From Amoebidium appalachense (taxonomy: Eukaryota > Protista > Ichthyosporea): 64,000 nucleotides of DNA. This document shows, one piece after another, positions 59,119-64,000 of the stretch. The first letter of the stretch is position 1. Each line of letters opens with the position of its first letter. The notes beneath the pieces are model-generated. The model was given only the letters and a program-made list of their open reading frames with translations, searched no databases and was not told the DNA's origin. The position numbers and the translations under genes are program-made. The stretch lies in NCBI GenBank assembly GCA_963693365.1, contig CAVNZM010000001.1, positions 12,302,161 through 12,366,160 on the forward strand. Reading direction: 5' to 3'.

Positions 59119-59793
59119 TGTGTAACACTTTAAAACACACTGAGTGTGTGTTAGACTACAACGGTTTGTATTAAGTGTGCCAGCGACCAGTACTAATCCG
59201 CATTGAAATGTGTGCACGTGTGTGTGTGAGCAGGGCGTGTGTGTGGTAACATCTGTGTATAGGTGTGTGTGCGCGCGTGTGTTTCTCTTGTATTTGGGTG
59301 CGGGGTTGAGGGAGGTGGTGAATGAAATGGCACGTCGGGAACCCATTTTTTATTTTTATTTTTTCATTTTATATGAGGAGGGAGAGGGGGTGGGGGATTG
59401 GGTGGGAGGGGAAGAGGGGTTGCAGACCAAAGTGTAGTCGAGGCAAAAGTGTTGTTGCAACTTGAACAGGCTGGGGGGCCCAGGCCAGTTTGAAAGTGCA
59501 GTTCTTCGTAAAGGGAAATATGCCGTATCTCTCCCTCGCTCTCTACGTTAAAACGGGAGGCAAAACATTTTCCCCTTCCTTCCCCACGGCAGGCACGGGA
59601 GATGTAAATGATATATCCCAAGAGATATATGTATGGCATATCTCCCTCCGTCTCTACGGCAAGTAGGGAGAGAGTTTATATCTGGTTACTGCCAGTACCC
59701 GTGTAATCAGCTTCATTTATTGTTCGCTTCTGGGACCGGTACCCACCTGCATAAAGGCAGCGATGCTGGACAGAACTTATCAATAAATACAAA

Positions 59794-59966
59794 GGTTAAA
59801 AACAAGAAATATTGGTTAAAAACAAGAAATATTGATACAAACGGTAAAAATGAGAAATCCTTAACTTTGCCAATACTATTGGTTAAAAACAAGAAATATT
59901 GATACAAACGGTAAAAATGAGAAATCCTTAACTTTGCCGGGAACTCAAGATTAAAAACAAGAAATT
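59794..59966 (+). repeat. AT-rich nested tandem duplication
   Basis: (gg)ttaaaaacaagaaat(att) occurs four times, and a ~67-bp unit (..gatacaaacggtaaaaatgagaaatccttaactttgcc) occurs twice. Confidence 0.9.
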
Positions 59967-61217
59967 ATTATATCGGCCGGGAATGCAGCCAAGGCTTAAG
60001 CACTACAGCAGACGTAGGTATCACATATATGACACAGGGACACCCCCCCCCCCCCCCCCCCCCCTTCCTCCCCCCCTTTGCCAAAAGGGTGGTGGGTCCC
60101 CCCCCCCCTCCCCCCCCCCCCCCCCCCCCCCCCTCCCCCCCCCTCCCCCCCCCCCCCCTTTCTCCCCCCCACCCACCCACACACACACCGCCCGTTCAGC
60201 GAGATCCCAGATCCCCCCCTCCCCCCCCCCCCCCCCTCCCCCCCCCCCCCCCTCTCTCCTCCCCCCCCCTCCCCCCCCCCCCCCCCCCCTTCTCCCCTCC
60301 CCCCCTCCCCCTCCCCCCCCCCCCCCCCCCCCCGCCCCCCGCCCCCCGCGCCCGCCCGCCCGCCCACCGTCACCTTGTCAGGCGGGAGGGTGCTGGGTCT
60401 TCCCCGGCCCCCTCCCCTCCCCCCCCCCAAAAAAACCCCAACCAACACCCTTAATTTTTTACAACGGTACCCCCCTCCCCCCCCTCCCCCCCAAAAAAAC
60501 AAAAACAAAAAAAACAAAAAAACTAACCCGTGTCACAATCAAAAATGCCCGATACATATTACCGGCCAGGGGCAGCCGTTTCCGTAAATATGTAAACGGT
60601 TACTTCCTTTTACATAAATATTCGAACGGCACCAACCGTGATCACATGAACGTTGATCAATCCTCCCCCCCTCCCCCCCCTCCCCCCCCCTCCCCCTTCC
60701 CCCCCCTCCCTCCCCCCCCCCCCCCCCCCCGGAGAATGATTAGCCCTTGAAGTGACTGTGTGATGTGTGAGCTGTATGCACGTGTGTATATACAGATGAG
60801 TGTTGTCTACCCCGAGTGGACCATGGGAAAGGGGGGGGGAGGGGGTATATTCCTTAAAAAAGACTAAAAATTATAATTGCAAGGGACACACGGATTTATG
60901 ACAAAGGTGAAACTGGATATCAGGAGAGGAAGGAGAGGGGGGGAGAAGGAGGGGGGGAGGCTGTTATGGGCCAGGGGGTGGGGGAAGGGGGGGGTGGGTG
61001 GAAGTCTTAGAAGGTGAAGAAGGGGGGAAGGAAGGGGAGGGGATGAGGGGGGGGGGGAAGGGGGGCCGGGAGGGGGGGGGAGGGGGGAGGGGGAGGGGAA
61101 GGGGGGGGGGGGGGGGGACATTCCATACTAATAGACGTAGTCATCTCTGGGTTGTATGTTGTGCGAGTTGTATGCGTGTGTATACTTATGACCGATGTCT
61201 ACGCTTGGTGTATGGGA

Positions 61218-61250
<33 letters not shown>

Positions 61251-61748
61251 GAGAGGGAGAGGGGGAGAGTTAGAATGCGCAGAATGCGCCACAGAGTACG
61301 AAGTACATATCTACGGGGAGGGGGGGGGAGGAGAGGGGGGGGGGGGGGGGGAGAGAGAGAGGGGTGTCAGGATGGTAGGTAGGGTTGGGAATGAGGTAGG
61401 GAATGAGGTGTTGGCTAGGTTTAAGTTAATAAATATGTCTTCAATTTATTTCATTCCATGATTGGTGAAAACGATTTGGCCCACGCGTTTGAGCTGCGAC
61501 CACACAGTAGCCGCAAAAAAAAACCCCTGCAAATAGGAATACTGGGGTTGAAAACCCGGCAGAAATCTTTGAATATGAATAGCCAATATCAAAATCTGTG
61601 CGGTGTACGTGCTTGCTCATATCTCCCTACATGCATTCCCATTAGATTCAACACTCTCATCCTTTCATAAACAAATGCACATACACGCATAGCTAAATAT
61701 TGCTAAATATAGCAACGACTCCTTAAAACAAGGCAACCACTCGTTTCT

Positions 61749-63411
61749 TTAAGCACCGGCACCGTACAGGGGGTTCTCCATGGTTTCGCTTGCAGCCTGG
61801 TAGAGAGGGTTTGAAGCATTGACGTTTGTGTTAAAGAGCGCATCTTGCTCCAGCGCTCTCATGGTGGCCAGGTTGGCCATCTTGGCCTTTTTTGCCCAAA
61901 TTAGGACACCCACACCAGCAAGGGCCGCCGCAGCAGCCGCACCCGCAGCAGCACCGGCAATCACCGGCGTCTTATTGGCTGGCGTGACGATGGTCGGAGC
62001 AGTGCAAACGTCCTCCGTGCAGTTGCGACTTTCGTCCAATGGCGGGCAGGCGGTGCCGTTGTTGGCTGGACTGGTGGAGACGTAGCGGGAACGGGTGGTG
62101 TTCTGGCCCTTTCCGCAGATGCACACGGTCCAGTCGGACCAATCGGAAACGGCGCAGTCGATGTTGCAGTCGACGTAGCAGTTGGTCTGTGGTTGTGGGT
62201 TTTCCATATCTGGTTAGTGGATGTGGATTTTTATTGGTTGGGTGGGCTATCTTGTGCAAAAGGTTAGTGCAAGGGGATACCAAGAGAGGGGAGGGCACTT
62301 GATGGCAAGCGAAACCTTTTTTTTGGCGGGGGGGGGGGGGGGGGGAGGGGGGAGATGGAGTGTAGTAGTCCATTTTGGCAAACATGGATGAGTAGGGTCG
62401 GGAGGAGGGAATGGCCATTGTATAAGAGGTGGGGGGGGGGGGGGGGGGGGGGGAAGGGGGAGGGAGGAGAGAGCACATGCGGGAGAGGGAGGGGGTGGGG
62501 GGGCCGCGGGGGGGGGGGGGGGGGGGGGGGGGCTGGGGGTTGGGCGGGGCCGGGGGAGGGGGGGGAGGAGAGAGCACATGGGGGAGGGGGAGTGGGGGGG
62601 AAGCTTAGACTAAGGTAGGCCGTAGGTAAGGTGTTTGGGGGGGGGGGAGGTAAAGGGTAAAATCACGGCGGGAGGTACTTACAATGGTAGCGAGGGCTGG
62701 GCAGGCTTTGCCACCAAACTGGGGCTCAGTGGCGACCTTACGTGTCTGCTGGCTGGCTCCGGTCACACGGCTGGAATTGCCGGTGCACGTGGCATCACAC
62801 GACGACCAATCAGACCAGTCGGCCACCTGTGGTTGCCATGGAAACGGTCAGAATTTGAACCAATAGAAACAGGATTATGGATATAAATGCCGGCATGAAA
62901 CAACAACATGGCCCAAAACCTTAACAGGGTTATGGATATAAATGCCGGGATGAAACAAAAACATGGCCCAAAACCTTAACTTAACTTGCCCATATTGTAC
63001 CACAAGTTGAGTGATATTGCAGTATAGAAAGGTGTTAAAACTTAACTTGCCCATAGTGTACGGTAATACCACAAGTTGAGTGATATTGCAGTATAGAAAG
63101 GTGTTAAAAGGGAGGGAGAATGAAAGTACTAGTGATATTGCAGTATAGAAAGGTGTTAAAAGGGAGGGAGAATGAAAGTACTAGTGAAGAGGTAACGCGT
63201 GGAGTGGAGAGAAGAGGTAACGCGCGGAAAGCAAAAGACCCTCTGAGCCAACCACATTGCAGATTAGATGCATGTCACGTGACGTACCATGCAGTCGATT
63301 GGGCAGGTGCTGTTGTCCCTGCATTCTTTGCTCTCGTCCAGGCCGGGGCACTTTGTGCCGTTGTTGTAGCTGGGCTGCGTGACGGCACGGTGGCGGGTGG
63401 TCCGGCCCGTG

Positions 63412-63483
<72 letters not shown>

Positions 63484-64000
63484 TTTGTGTGTGTGTGTGT
63501 TTGTGTGTGTGTGTTTGGGGGGGGGGGGGGGGGGTTGGAGGGGATGGGGATGGGGTTAGGATGTGGTATAGAGTGTGAAGAACACAGATTGCAAAGTACA
63601 ACAAAAGGAGTATGCATGGGTCGAGAGGGGGGCAGAGGGGGGGGGGGGGGGGGGGGGGGAGGGGGGGGGGATAGGCAGTTGATCAGACACTGCTTCCCAT
63701 GACACTGACACTCATTTGCAAAGGAAGGGGTTGGATGGGTGGGTGGGGGGGAGAGGGGGGGAAGGTGGGGGAGGATGGAGACATATACCACACGTGTTGT
63801 CGCATGTGCTCCACGCGGACCAATCAGAGACCACACAGCTGACGTCACAGCTAATGACGTACTGCTCGGTCTCCACCAGGCCGGGGCACTCTGGACCGCC
63901 AAACTGAGCATCGGCCACCTTGCTGCGGGTGCGGGTGCGGTCGCCCACAGCCGTGGCATTGGTGCCGCCACACTCGAGGGCAGACACCCAGTCCGACCAA
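61749..64000 (-). CDS. 3' part of a thrombospondin type-1 (spondin-like) repeat single-pass membrane protein with a double-NPxY tail
   Basis: Exons >64000-63789, 63412-63288, 62826-62683 and 62186-61749 are in phase. At least four WSxWS/RxR/CPxL repeats, [25 protein letters not shown], tail [16 protein letters not shown]. Confidence 0.92.
62870..63190 (+). repeat. Overlapping tandem duplications in a TSP1-gene intron
   Basis: ttatggatataaatgccgg..catggcccaaaaccttaac x2; agtgatattgcagtatagaaaggtgttaaaa x3; gggagggagaatgaaagtactagtga x2. Confidence 0.9.

Overview
Eukaryotic genomic DNA with GT-AG spliceosomal introns packed with poly-C/poly-G and (CA)n/(GT)n tracts. Most ORFs in the supplied track are translations of these microsatellites. 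Gene content (PTB, RGS, TSP1 receptor with integrin-beta-like tail, THAP) suggests a holozoan, possibly a unicellular animal relative; this is inference only. Splice models built by hand with matching phases give an N-terminal SAM-like/HTH-like protein (3768-7998 +), a phage/viral antirepressor-like gene (26076-28380 -), a transmembrane RBR E3 ligase (31120-39493 -), an ATX1 copper chaperone (43337-47296 -), an RGS protein (48811-49530 -), a PTB protein (51503-54661 +) and the 3' end of a TSP1-repeat membrane protein (61749-64000 -). Also present: two tandem, frameshifted paralogues of an unknown helical domain, the second followed by C2H2 fingers (9671-16304 +); a pseudogenic 3' copy of the RBR gene; a THAP-domain exon; and a ~250-bp-arm foldback. 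The most notable signal is a dispersed family of sense-strand intronic elements carrying a ~165-nt RNA fold. Its two full copies show compensatory changes, a pseudoknot and C/D/K-turn-like motifs.
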